Below are positions 27,120 through 41,130 of a stretch of 64,000 nucleotides of DNA, piece by piece. Location of the stretch: the NCBI RefSeq assembly GCF_009914755.1, contig NC_060928.1; one strand, 5' to 3'. Each line of letters begins with the position of its first letter. The stretch's first letter is position 1. The notes beneath the pieces were generated by a model, which saw nothing but the letters and a program-made list of their open reading frames with translations, ran no database searches and was not told the DNA's origin. Both the position numbers and the translations under genes were made by a program. The stretch comes from the human T2T-CHM13v2.0 reference genome, Homo sapiens.

Positions 27120-28990
27120 GTGATATACAACTTCAGCAAAGTTTCAGGTTACAAAACCAATGTACAAAAATCACTTGTATTCCTGTGCACCAACAACATC
27201 AAGCTGAGAGCCAAATGAAGAAAGAAATCTCATTCCTAATAGCCACAAAAAGAATAAAATACCTAGGAATACAGCTAACCAAGGAGGTGAAAGACCTCTG
27301 CAATGAATATAAAACGTTGAGTGAAATCAATGATGACACAAACAAATGGAAAAACATTCCAGGCTCATGAATAGGAAGAACCAATATTATCAAAATGGCC
27401 ATACTGCCCAAAACAGCATTACTTCGGTGCTATTCCTATCAAACTACCAATGACATTCTTCATGAAATTAGAAAAAACTATTTTTAAATTCATATGGAAC
27501 CAAAAAAGAGCTCAGATAGCCAAGGCAATTCTAAGCAAACACTGGAGGCCTCACGTTACCTGACTTCAAATTGTTCTACAAGGCTCAGTAATGAAAACAG
27601 CATGGTACTGGTACAAAAACAGACACATAGACCAATGGAACAGAACAGAGAGCCCAGAAATAATGCCATATACCTACAACCATTTGATCATTGACAAAAT
27701 CCACAAAACAAGCAATAGGGCAAGGATTCTCTATTCAATAAATGGTGCTGGGATAACTGGCTGACCATATGCAGAAGATTGAAACTGGACACTTTCCTTA
27801 CACCAAATATAAAAATTAAGATGGATTAAAAACTAAAACCAAAGGCTAACATCAAAAACTACAACAACCCTGGAAGATAACCTAGAAAATACTATTCTGG
27901 ACATAGGACTTGGCAAAGACTTCATAACAAAGACACCAAAAGCAATTGCAACAAAAACAAAAATTGACAAATGGGACCTAATTAAAGAGCCTCTGCACAA
28001 CAAAATAAACTATCAAAAATGTAAACAGACGATCTACAGAATGGAAGAAAATATCTTCAAACTATGCATCTGACAAAGGCCTAATATCCAGAGTCTATGA
28101 GAAACTTAAATTTACAAGCAAAAAACAACGCCATTAAAAAGTGGGCAAAGGACATGAACAGACACTTTTCAAAAGAAGACATTCATGCAGCCAAGAAGCA
28201 TATGAGAAAATGCTCAACATCCTTATCATTAAATAAATGCAATTCAAAACTGCAATGAGATACTTTTCACACCAATCAGAATGGCTATTATTAAAAAGTC
28301 AAAAAATAACATGTTGGTGAGGTTGTAGAGAAAAGAGAATGCTTATACACTGCTGGTGGAAATGTAAACTACTTCAGTTATTGTGAAAAGCAGTTCGGTA
28401 GTTTCTAAAAGAACTTAAAATAGAAGTACCATTTGAGCCAGCAATCTCATTGTTGGGTATACACCCAAAGAAATATAAGTTGTTCTACCACAAAGGCACA
28501 TGCACATGTAGGTTCATTGCAGCACTATTCACAATAGCAAAGACATGCAACAACCTAAATGTCCATCAAAGGTAGACTGGATAAAAAATGTTGTACATAC
28601 ACCATAGAATACCATGTAACCATAAAAAAAGAATTAGATCATGTGCTTTGCAGCAACATGGATGGAGCTGGAGGCCATTATCCTAAGCAAACTGATGGAG
28701 GAACAGAAAACCAAATACCTCATATTCTCACTTGTAAGTGGAAGCTAAACACTGAGTACACACAGACACAAAGAAGGGAACAACAGACATGGGGGCCTAC
28801 TTGAGGGTGGAGGGTGGCAGGAGGGTGAAGTTTGAAAAACTACCTATCGGGTGCCATGTTTATTACCTGGGTGACAAAATAAGTTGTACACTAGACCACC
28901 ATGACACACGATTTACCTACATAGCAAACATGTACACATACCCCTGAACCTAAAATAAAAGCTTAAAATAAAAAACAAAATAAAATAAAA
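27120..28990 (+). mobile_element. 5'-truncated L1 (L1PA/L1PB-type): end of ORF2, 3' UTR and A-rich tail
   Basis: ORF2 remnants ([15 protein letters not shown]...NKWKNIP), 3' UTR ggggcctacttgagggtggagg, aataaa and an A-rich tail; many stops. Confidence 0.95.
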
Positions 28991-29429
28991 TACAAGGTAT
29001 AGAATAGGGTAGTCATTGGAAGTTCATGATTAAATAAATATAACTGTGGTGGGAGGATCACGACGGAAAATAATTTTATTTTATTTTTCTGTGCTTTAAA
29101 TCTTATGTCCTATGGTTTGTTAATAAAAATCATGGACTCTCAAAAGTTTAAAGGAACTTAAAATGTCTTCAAAATTGAGGAACTGTATATATTTTATACT
29201 TTTTGACTATTTCTTCTTTCAGCTGGTTGTTTTGGCATAGATATTAACTCTGATATTTATCTAAGAAGAGCTGCTATTATTGATTCTATGTTATAGAATA
29301 TGTTTTCAACCTTGCTCTAATCCTAGGAGGGAATTTAACCAGCTAGGAACGTGATACAGATCACCACAAGAAAACTGGGTGGATGATCACTGTCACCGGT
29401 GAAAATTTGTTTTGTGTGCATATATAAAT

Positions 29430-29848
29430 GTTCCCTATTTACAATGGCTTGACTTCCTGGTGGTTAAAAAGTGATATACATTCAGTAGAAACCATACTTT
29501 GAATTTCAAATGTTGATCTTTTCCTGGGATAGGGATATGAGGTCTGATACTCTCTAGATGCTGGGCAGCAGCAGGGAGCAGTAGCAATCATGAGGGTAAA
29601 CAACCACTACTGTATTCCATACTGTACTATATTCAATACAGTACAAGAGATATTCAACACTTTGTTATAAAATAGGTTTGCATTCTATGAATTTGCTGTA
29701 GGCTAATGTAACTGTTCTGATCATGTTTAAGGTAGGCTAGGCTAAGCTATGGATTCCATAGGTTATTTGTATTAAATGCATTTTTGACTTATAATATTTT
29801 CAACTTAATGATGGGTTTATAAGAAGGTAAGTTGAAGTGCATCTGTAT
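29430..29848. mobile_element. Tigger-family MITE (MER47-like)
   Basis: cattcagtagaaaccatactttgaattt...ggctaggctaagctatg...gcatctgta. Confidence 0.7.
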
Positions 29849-30537
29849 ATATCAATCAATAAAGAATGGGCTTCCACTTCATTTTAAAAAATTGCTTTAA
29901 AAATAAATTGAAATTTACTTAGGAGAGGTTTGTTTTGTGTTAAATATTAGTTTTGTTTTACACTTAAATTATCTGGATTTATTAATTTCCCAATGTCTTC
30001 ACTAAGGCAAAATTTAATTGGAATTGAAATCAGATACATTAGACACATTGGAGTTTATATAAAATCAAGAAAATTTTCTAAGTATAACATTAATAGTGAT
30101 CATTCTAATCATAATTATTCAAAAGACCTGGTTCAATACAGCATTGGATTTATTCTATAGAAAATGAGATAGAAATATTAAGTGCACTGAAAATAAACTC
30201 AACTTCTCTATAATATTTTCTTTTCACTAAATATTAATATTTATATTTCAAGGATAAACATTGGTAGGGAATCTGCTGAAATCAGGTAACAGTATTCTAT
30301 GAATCTAGTGATTAGAAAGGAATTCAACTAACTGGTAAAGGGGATACATTTACATATTTTCCAGGCTATCACCACCCTTTTTAAACAGTCCTGACTCGTC
30401 TTTGGCAATTGTGCTCTATGGGAAAATAATATAACACTTTGTTTTATAATTTTAACTTTGGAAAAACACAGCCTCAAATAAATGACTAAGTTTGCTTTTA
30501 TTCCCATTAAACGTTAAACTTAAAAGTTCAGATTTGA

Positions 30538-30840
30538 GGCTGGGTGTGGTGGCTCACGCCTGTAATCCCAGCACTTTGGGAGGCTGAGGCAGGTGGATAG
30601 CTTAAGCTCAGGAGTTTGAGACCTGCCTGGCTAACATGGTGAAACACTTGTCACTACAAAAAAATTAGCTTGGTAGGGAGGCACATGCCTGTGGTCTCAG
30701 CTACTCAGGAGGTTGAGGTAGGAGGATAACTTGAGCCCAGGAGGTCCAGGCTGCAGTGAGCTGAGATCACACCACTGCACTCCAGCCTGGGTGACAGAGC
30801 AAGACCCTGTCTCAAAAGAACAACAGCAAGAAAAAACAAA
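30538..30840 (+). mobile_element. AluJ
   Basis: ttgagcccaggaggtccaggctgcagtgag; gaccctgtctc. Confidence 0.92.
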
Positions 30841-30871
30841 AATTCAAACTTAAAAGTGTGAATGCATCCAC

Positions 30872-31695
30872 TGTTGGGGAAATATAATTAGAAACTAAAT
30901 CTTTCCCCAACCCAGAACACTTCTCAACAAACATAGTAGAGAAATAAGCCAGTTTTATTATTTTAAAAAGCATGAAACCAGGATGTCATGCTAATCACAT
31001 TGAAAAGACAGAAAGGAATTTCACCCCCTATAGGTCTAAGCAGATAGACTTATTACATACATGCGCTCAAGACAGACAATCATTAGTCCTCAAGTAAGAG
31101 GACTTTGCAATACCTTTTGTCACATTCTTTTATCTTAATTTTATCATGATAATTGGGGAGACTCCCTGTGGCTGTATCAGGAGGAGTAACGAACTTCTCA
31201 TTGCAAATTGGAACAAGATGCCCACAGATGTTAAGCTCTTTTCCTCCCACACTAACTGAAAGATAGGGCCACTATCTCTCTTTATGTTTGCCTTTCAAAA
31301 AGATGCCTACCCGATGAAGTCTTCCTAAAAGGCACAAGAGAACAGGATTCAAAAGTTTCTGGATGGCTGAACATGTGGAGGGTCCTGGAGGGTTGACCAC
31401 CCAGGGAGGATGTGGAAGCTCCACACCCCTTCCCCCATACCTTGCCCTATGTACCTGTATCCTTTGTAATATCCTTTATAATAAACTGGTAAGCAATTTT
31501 TTAAAAAAGGCTTACAGGTACTTGAGGAAACATTCCTGAATTGTGAGACTGGCAGAGGTTTATTTCGCCATTATCAAGATTTATATACATTTGAAAAGGA
31601 CAGAGAAAGGAATTTTGAAATAAAAGGAAAAAGGGGAGAAGTCTCTTGCCTGGTAAAATGATAATTCTTATTTTTAATCTATATTTTCCCCTACA
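30872..31695. mobile_element. ERV1-type LTR (MER34/39-like) containing a MER21-like segment (~31315-31495)
   Basis: TG...CA termini with inverted ends (tgttggggaaatata / tatattttcccctaca); internal ggaagctccacaccccttcccccataccttgccctatg. Confidence 0.6.
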
Positions 31696-31962
31696 TCACC
31701 CACAGGAATATAGAAGTAGTATTATTTTATTATGACTTTTTTCTCTCCCCAACCTTTCAAAAATAATTTGGAGAGCTTTCTTTGGGTGCTACCTATTTCG
31801 TTTAATGGCTTTATTGAAGTATAATTGACACCCAATACACTGCCCATATTTAAAGTGTAGAATTTGATATTTTGACATATGCATACACTTGTGAATTGAG
31901 AGAAAAGAGGGATGAGACTAGTCCCCCCACCCTTACTAATGCATTTTTTCCCCCACATTTGA

Positions 31963-32631
31963 TGATACAGGCTGAATGTGTGCTCCCGCCCAAATCTCAT
32001 ATTGAATTGTGATCCCCAGTGTTGGAGGTGGGGCCTGGTGGGAGGTGATTGGATCATGGGGGCAGAATTCTCATGAATGGTTTGTTTAACTTGCTCTATA
32101 ATGTTGTATAATAATATAACGTCTATAATGCAGGTCAGTCTATTTTACCACAGATAGTGAGGATTGTACAGAGATCATTGACAAGGTAGACAACAAGTGA
32201 GTCAAGGTTAGAGAGGGTAAAATCTAGCCTTCTCAATTCCAAGTCATATTTTTCTTCTCCCTTTTATGTTTCACAGTTCATTTCTACTGTTTCAAAGAAA
32301 ACCGTTCTTTCTAATTAAATATTTATTCCTTAATAGACATCCTCTCCTCTTGGTACTGTCCTTGAGATAGTGAGTGAGTTCTGGTGAGATCCGGTCATGT
32401 AAAAGTGTGTAGCACCTCCCCTCTCACTCTCTTGCTCCTGCTTTTTCCATGTGAAGGACGTGATACTGCTTCATCTTCCACCACAAATAAAAGCTCCCTG
32501 AGGCCTCCCCAGAAGATGAATCATGTTGGCACCATGCTAATACAGCCTGCAGATCCAATTAAACTTCTTTTCCTTAGAAATTCCGCAGTATCAGGTCTTT
32601 CTTTATATCAATGTGAGAATGGACTAATCCA
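31963..32631 (+). mobile_element. MST LTR carrying a ~265-bp non-LTR insertion (32084-32347)
   Basis: caaatctcatattgaattgtgatccccagtgttggaggtggggcc...atgaatggttt | cttggtactgtcc...ggactaatcca. Confidence 0.85.
32118..32347 (+). repeat. 230-bp direct copy of 35514-35744
   Basis: Manual alignment gives about 15 substitutions and 1 indel (~93% identity). Confidence 0.95.
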
Positions 32632-33199
32632 CATGCCACCTACCAGACCTTGCAGTACCATGCTCACGGGCGCCATACCTGCTGACCAGACCTTGCAAAC
32701 TGTGTGAAGAAACTAAGTTGAGCAGCATTCCACCATAAATCTTACTCAAAGGAGTTTACCCTCTCATCTACAGTATGTACACAAATCAGGAGAATGACCC
32801 ACCTTGACCCCTTGACTCATTATAATACTAAAATCCCTGCCAAAGGAGGGCGTATCCACCATTTTTTGATCATGTGTTGCGTGAAGAAGTACGTTTCTAA
32901 ACTGTGCTTATGCCACCGAAACTCCTCCCTAATCATGCCTTGATACCTTTCCTCTTTCCCTCCAGAATTAAAAAATCTTGGGTGGCTCCTCATGGGAAGG
33001 CAGAGAACTATCATCCCTGTGCTGTTTCCCTTGTGCTCAAGCATAAGCCCCTAATAAAATCTTGTCTGAAACAATTTTCTTGGCCTTGTGTCAATTTCTA
33101 TTGCTTAGGTGCCTAAGAACCTGTGGTCGTTAACAAAGTCATCACCACTTTATCTTCCCTACACCAGCCATACATCTTTAGTGTGATGTACGGCTGGTG

Positions 33200-34070
33200 T
33201 GTCTGGTCAAATTTCTTGCCCAATTTTAGTTTTATTTGGGTTGTTTGCTTTTTTATGGTTGAGTTGTGAGTGTTCTCTATATACTCTGCATGCGAATCAT
33301 TTATAAGATATGTATTATAAGATACATGTTTTACAAATGCTTTATTGTAGTCTATAACTTTTCATGTTCTTAACTGTGGCTATTAAACAGCAAAAGTATA
33401 TAGTTTTGATAAAGTTAATTTATCGATTTGTTCTTTTATGGAGTGTACTTTTGACTAGGAGAAATTTGGCTAACCCTAAGTCACTAAGGTTTTCTCCAAT
33501 GTTTTTCCCTCTAAGTTCTGTAATAAGTTTTATATTTAGGCCTATGCTCAATTTTGAATTAATTTTTTTGTATATGGTGCAAGATATGGATTGTAGTGCT
33601 TTTTGTTTTAATATGGCTGTCCAACTATTCCAGCACCATTTTCTAAAAAGGCTATATTTTGTCCACTGAAATAAATGCCTCTGCATCTTTATCGAATTCA
33701 GTGGTCTATATATGTACAGCTCTATTTCTGGATTCTGTTATGTACCATTGATAACTTTATCTATACTTACATCCATTGTACACTGTTTTAGTTATTGTAA
33801 GTTTGTGTGATTTGAAATCCAGTAGTTTTTACCCTCCAACATTATTCCCCTTTTTCAGAGTTGCTTTACCTAATCTAAATCCTTCAGATTTTCATACAAA
33901 TTTTAGAAACAGCTTGTTAATTTCTACAAAATTTCCTACCAAGGTTTTTATTGGGATTACCTTAAATCTATATAGCAATGTTGGGACAATTGACACCTTA
34001 CAATATTGAGCCTCTAACCCATGAATGAGGTATATCTCTTTATTTATTTAGGACTTTTAGAATTTCTTTA
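33200..34070 (-). mobile_element. Old L1M ORF2 fragment
   Basis: Minus ORF 33420-33686 reads LFRKWCWNSW...YKKINSK...LNIK, the L1 ORF2p C-terminal region. Confidence 0.85.
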
Positions 34071-34219
34071 ATTTGTATAAATATTACAAACCTGTAAACA
34101 AATCATTATAATAAAACCATGAGCCTACTAAGTAAATGCTACTAAATTATGCCTCCAGTATCAGAATTTTTTGGAGAGCCTAAAACCTTTCTTCTGATTC
34201 ACAGTAAGTAGGTGATCAT

Positions 34220-34490
34220 CAGGTGAACAAGCGAGATTGGAGAGAAAAGAAGTACAAAAGCAGAGAGTGTAGTTAGGATTAAACATTTAAAGACTTGCAA
34301 GTAGTTATGGTTTGACATATCTGAAACCATTGGTTCATATGGGGAATGTAAAGGAAGAAGTGTGGCTAGACCCTTGTCTTATGTGCTCCTGAAGACAATT
34401 GGTCTTCATCCTGCGAGCAATGGGGCTATTGAAAGATTTTAAACAAAAGAGTAACATGACTGTTTAAAAGATCACTCTGAAAGTTGAATG
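34220..34490 (-). mobile_element. L2 fragment
   Basis: gcaatggggctattgaaagattttaaacaaaagagtaacatgac...aaagatcactctg. Confidence 0.55.
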
Positions 34491-35123
34491 ATTTGTTTTA
34501 ATATTTTTAAAGTTATTTGTGCCTTAACCTTTCTAAACTATGGGAAAAGTCTCCAAGTTGTGGAATATTATAAATACTATATAAATATAACTTACTTTTG
34601 ATTGACTTAAAAGCATCTCTTTATAGCATTACAAAATACATCTTAGCTTGCTTTATATTGGATTTTGGTGAGCAAGTTAAACACTAACACTATGCCTGAT
34701 TCTAATGTTATCTGTATTTTCTATTGTATCAGTTCTTTTCAGCATACTGTCTCTTATCTTCATTTAACTGTACAGTTTCATTCTTTTTCTTATTATTGTT
34801 CATTGTTGTTTTTATTATGTTAAATTATAGATCCCCTTATATATTTAGTAACTTACATTAATTACTCCCTTTATGCATTCCTCATTACTAATGTGTCCCC
34901 TACTTAACACTGCCACCAAAGTTGTCTTTTTCACTCTATCATGCTCCTTATTAAACAGTTATGGTGGTTTTCTATTACATTACATCTTGTAATTAACTCT
35001 CTTTATATAATTAATTCATTTGCTTTTCCTTTCCACTCTACGGGGCAACATACACTCTGCCATTTAACTTACTTTCTACCTTTTCCACAACCGAAGTGAG
35101 TGTCAGCGAGTGAGGGATGAGCG

Positions 35124-35454
<331 letters not shown>

Positions 35455-35912
35455 TGAATTCCTGTGTGTCTCTTTAAAAAAGAACTGCTACCCCATCCAC
35501 AAACATTTTGTGAAACATCTATAATGCGGGTCAGTCTATTTAACCACAGATAGAGAGGACTGTACAGAGATCACTGACAAGGTAGACAACAACTGAGTCA
35601 AGGTTAGAGATGGTAAAATCCAGCCTTGGTCAATTCCAAGTCATATTTTTCTTCTCCCGTTTATGTTTCAAAGTTCATTTCTACTGTTTCAAAGAAAACC
35701 ATTCTTTCTAATTAAATATATATTCCTTAATAAACATCCTCTCCCTTTCTATTTCATTTATTGATTATCTTTCCTTCTCTAACTCTGGACTTTTATTTAT
35801 TTATTTATTTGCTGAGCGGGTTCCTCATTGAATTTAAAACAACTCTTTTCCCCACCATATCAGCATTGCTTGTATCCCTTGAAGGTGAAAGGATATTTCT
35901 GATCTGACCTAA

Positions 35913-36261
<349 letters not shown>

Positions 36262-38335
36262 TACTAAGGTACTTTCAAATACAATGCTTTGTAAAGTCTC
36301 CATGAGATATTAGAACTCCTTTTCCTGGACTAAGTAGTGGGGGTAAATTGACCAAATCCATCTTCCTTGCAAGCATATTGCCTGCCCTCCTTAACCTTCT
36401 CAACATTCTTGATTCTAGCCTTTTAAATGGTTGTATCTTCATACCCAGGATAGCATAAGCTGTCCCCTATCTTTTTTTCTCAAATACAGAAATCTGGATT
36501 TACTTTTGGAACTCACTGAAGTATCACTGAACCAAATCCTGATTATTGGAATGTTTTATTACATTTTATTAAGTTGCATATTTATTTATATTTAAGATGT
36601 AGTTTACAAAAATCACTCTCTACTTGGCAAAATTCCAGTTTTTGATGCAAATTTTCTGATATGGCTTGCAGAATTATTTGTATTCAAAGAACGATTCTGC
36701 TTGTATTATGAACAATTGTCGTGAGATTGAAGAATATGGAGATGTGTATTAAGGTAATGAGTAATGAAATGCCTCTTTTTCCCCCACAGTATTTTGGATA
36801 AAAGTCAAGCTAGGTTGATTAGCTCAGTGTGGGTTCATACTCAGAGCCATAGGATACTTGTTGAAACTTTCATCAAAGTGAGACTAAAATACAAAATCAA
36901 ATATATTTCTATCTGAGACAAATTCAACAACTATAAGTAATAAATCATCTTTTTTCTCTTGATTACATGCTTCCAAATATTACTTTAAACTTTTCCCCAT
37001 TATATTTAAGCAGTCATATTATTGTTGTGGTGACTCCGTCTAAAAATAGGAGTAATATTTTGTTTCAGATGCTTTTGAAGTATACAAAATAATTTAGAAT
37101 CAATTGCTTAAAACATAAACAAATTATGACAATTTTCTACTGTGAATCCAAAAGTCATTTTAAATGAACCAGGATTTTATAAATTATAACAATACCTTCA
37201 TACATTTAATGTAGTAATATACATATATAAATATGTGGGAAACATACTATTTATTTATCTACAGACCCATATTTGGAGCAAAGGTTGCTTCCTGGACACG
37301 TTAGATTCCAAGCAACTGATAAGTGCGTGGAGAGCAAATGAAACAACAGGGTGTGATCAGGGAAAGAAGAGAGATGTTCACAACATGAAGTAGGTCAAAG
37401 GGAGGTAGAGATGGTCAAATTCCTCCTTAATAAGAGATGCCAGCTTATGTTCAGAAATCCACACACCTGGCATTCCTAACATTAAGAATGCAATGGACAT
37501 TCCAGGTCAAAGGAAATGCTCTGGCAGTTAATGTGCAGCTATTGCATTCTAACTTGTGTTTGTGGATTCCCTGTCACTGGATGGAACCAGACATTGCAGT
37601 ACTTTTGCAGATATGTTATAAATGTGATCAGAGTTTATGTTTTCTCTTCCGGTGGAGTTTTTACTAGACTTAGCCCACGGCTAACTGAACTGACCACAGA
37701 CAACACTTTGCTGCGTAGCATTGAAGGGCATATAGCTCAATTAGTAGATTTGTGGCACCTCCATGTAAAATCCAAAGAACTCTAGAAACCCAGCCAAGTC
37801 AACCAACATGAGTGTGAGCCAATGCTACATGAAAATAATTCCTCAGGCCATTGAATGCTACTTGGCATTGAATAGCAACAATTTGATTTATATTGCCTTT
37901 ATGTTTTACAAGATCAAACTCCTTTTTTAAAGAATTTTTTTCAAATATACTTTGAAGAACAATAAACAATATTTTTAAATTCACTGAGGAAATGCTGGAA
38001 TAGGTATTGTGCCAAACTATTCAAGGCAAAGCGTATAAGCTTTTTTCTGCCTTAGATTGTTTCATGCTTTGATCTCAATAAGCCATTATTTTTTCTCTTT
38101 TAGGCATTTAGCTGAAAAAAGATTTAACTACCCCACAATAAATAATGTCCCCATCTCCCTGAAGTTTTCAGATACTATTACTTTTCAGTTTATTTCTCTT
38201 AAGAAAGATATATTAATTCTGATTTACACATGATACTGTGCATTGAAAACAAGATGATGAGGGATAGTTTAAAGAGGTGGAGATTGGGATAATCTTCCCA
38301 AATTCTGTTTTCCCTCCACCCCTAGTCTATTCTAA

Positions 38336-38753
38336 TGATACAGTTTGGATGTTTTGTCCTCTCCAAATCTCATGTTGAAATATGATCCCCAATGTCAGAG
38401 GTGGGGCCCAGTGGGAGGTGCTTGACTCATAGGGGTGATTTCTCATGAATGGCTTGGTGCTGTATTCATGGTAATAAATGGGTTTTCATTCTGTGAATTC
38501 ACAGGAGATCTGGTTGTTTAAAAGAGGCTGGCATCTCCTCCCTCTCTCCCTGTATCTCTCATTCCCTCTCCAGCCATGTGATGCACCTATGCCCCTTTTG
38601 CCTTCTGCTATGATTGTAAGCTTCCTGAGGTCTCACTGGAAGCCTGATAGGTGCAGGTGCCATACAGAACAGTAAGACCAATAAATCTGTTTTCTTTATA
38701 CATTACCCAGCCTCAGGTATGTCCTTATTGCAATGCAAAAACAAACTAACACA
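38336..38753 (+). mobile_element. MST LTR
   Basis: tgatacagtttggatg...aaatctcatgttgaaat...cccagcctcaggtat...ctaacaca. Confidence 0.88.
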
Positions 38754-38777
38754 TCTAACATACGTTTGAAGAACTAC

Positions 38778-39138
38778 TGATTGACTTGGCTGTGTCCCCA
38801 CCAAATCGTATCTTGAATTGTAGCTCCAATAATCCCCATGTGTCTTGGCAGGGACCCGGTGGGAGGTAATTGAATCATGGGGGCAGGTTTTTCCATGCTT
38901 GTTTTGTGATAGTGAATAAGTCCTACAAGATCTGATGGTTTTATAGAGGGCAGTTCCCACACACACACTCTCTTGCCTGCCACCATGTAAGATATGCCTT
39001 TGCTTCTCCTTTGCCTTCTGCCATGATTGTGAGGCCTCACCAGCCATGTGGAACTGTGAGTCCATTAAATTTCTTTTTCTTTATAAATTACCCAGTCTCT
39101 GGTATTTCCTCATAGAAGTATGAAAATGGACTAATACG
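38778..39138 (+). mobile_element. THE1 LTR
   Basis: ttggctgtgtccccaccaaatc...gccatgtggaactgtgagtccattaaa...ggactaatac. Confidence 0.9.
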
Positions 39139-39984
39139 ACTCAAATATTAGATACACATTTTTATCAATAATATAGCATAAGGAACACACTCCCAAAATA
39201 TTTAATTTAAAATCTAGAAAAAAAGTTTTGTTTAATCAAGGTGAACAGGTATAATGCTGTGCAGTAGTATTTAAGGAAAAGGAAATAGCTAAGATTATAT
39301 TTAAAAGCTTTTTAAAAATAAGAAATGCTATATAAATTTTGAGAACCATTAGGGCTTTCTCTTTTAAATATTAACTTAATCTCATTTAGTCAAAGTGACA
39401 TATGGGAGTAATTTAAAACTGAAGAATAATAAAGTGTAATCCCTTGCCCTAATATTCTCTGCACCCAAGTCCTTCCTCAGAGGAATATACTGTCAAACCT
39501 TTTAGCTATTTTTAAGACATTTCCTTTTGTATTCATACATGTTATGCTGCTACTATTATTACTTGATTTATCGTGTGTGTGTGTGTGTATGTGTGTGTGT
39601 GTATGTAGAGAGAGAGAGACTCCCTCTTGTGATATTAACATTTTAGAACTGTTATATAGACCTTCATGTTAGTTTTCCATTCTCATACAACATTTTGTAT
39701 GTTCTGGAGTTAATAATTTCTCACTTCATCTGGTGTTTAGTTGTCAACATGCCAATCTCTAATATTTTCTTAAATGTGCCTTCTGATGTGTCAAATACAT
39801 ATCAATAAATGTACTGAAAGTTCAAACACATTGAATTATCTGTTAGTTACATTTCCTTCCCCAACCCCCAACAAGAGTTCCTCCTTCCAAAGCCTTCTGT
39901 TGCCCAGTTCAAAACAGAATTGTTTCCAGGAGAGAAAAATAATTCTTAAACCAGGCATACCGTAACTATCTGCAAAGGAAAATG

Positions 39985-41130
39985 TTAAAAAATTGGACTG
40001 GAATAAAACCACAAATTGTTTATCAAAAGATATCATCATGGGCTTGGACAGATAAGAGACATATTGGGAGAAAATATTTGCAGCTTATTTATTTGACAAA
40101 GAATAGAAATAAAGAATATTGAAAGTACTTCTAAAAATAAATAAGCAAAAGCTAACACCTCTAACAAGAAAACAGACAAAGACTTGCACAGGAAGATCAC
40201 AAAAGAGGGCATCTAAATGGTCAAAATGCTTATGGAAAGATGTTCAATCTATTAATCATCAGGGAAATGCAGATGAAAACCACAGTGAGCAATACCACTG
40301 CAAATGTGCCAGAATGGAGTTGCCAAATTTAGCAAATAAAAACACAGGACTCCTACATATATTTGAATTTTAGACATAAAATGAATAATTTTTAGCATAA
40401 GTATATCCCAAATATTTCTCATGTAAGTAGACATCCTGTATTTTACATCTGGTAACGCTAGCCAGAAAGTATGAGATTGAAATAATGAGCAACACCAAGT
40501 ATCAGCGGCAATGTGGAACAACTGGAACTTTCAAAGATTACTCGGTGGAGTGACAATTGGTACAACGTCATTTTGCAGAACTATCTGGTAGTGTTGCTTA
40601 AAGTGGAACACAGTAAATCTTAGAACTCAGCAATTCCTCTCTAAAGGTGTACTAAAAGTCATGTACAAGGATGCATACTGCAGCACTCTATGCATTACAA
40701 CTGTTTAAAAAGATGTTCATGTTAAAAAGTTCATTGATAATGTAATCAATCAATAAATTGTGGTGTAATCATATGATAGAAGATCAAATAGCAATAAAGA
40801 AGAGAAAACTGCATCTATACTCAATAGATTCATATCACCCTGAAACATAATGTTGACTGAAAAAAGGCAGACACAAAATAGTACATTTCATATGGTTTCA
40901 TTTGTATAAAGTTTAAAGACAATCAATCCACAGTGTTAGAAATCAAGAAACTGGTTACCAAGAGGAAAATAGTAATTGAGAGGAGGCATAGTGAGAGTTT
41001 TGATAATGTTTCATTTCTTGACTTGGATATTGGTTGCGTGGGTGTGTTTGTTTTGGAAAATCATCATGCTGTACACCTTTTTTGTTTGTACACATTTTTG
41101 TGTATATTATACATCAATAAACAGTTTGTT
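39985..41130 (+). mobile_element. L1ME-type 3' fragment
   Basis: atcagggaaatgcagatgaaaaccacagtgag...ctcagcaattcctctcta...acataatgttgactgaaaaaaggcagacacaaaa. Confidence 0.75.
40315..40460. mobile_element. MER53 hAT MITE inside the L1
   Basis: gttgccaaatttagcaaataaaaacacagg...atctggtaacgcta; gccagaa duplicated on both flanks. Confidence 0.75.

Larger units (their letters stand above)
31897..33134 (+). mobile_element. ERV1-type LTR inserted in an L1M fragment and itself interrupted by an MST LTR
   Basis: L1 sequence catacacttgtgaa...catcacca is split; the LTR 3' part has aataaa and tcaatttctattgcttagg...taaca. Confidence 0.55.

Noticed and set aside
27185-28804. ORFs similar to L1 ORF2p
   Set aside because: Pieces of a truncated, inactive L1
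37725-37770. tRNA-like start (gcatatagctcaattagtaga) and the overlapping 89-aa ORF
   Set aside because: No B-box or cloverleaf; the ORF lacks an ATG start, splice support and recognisable homology
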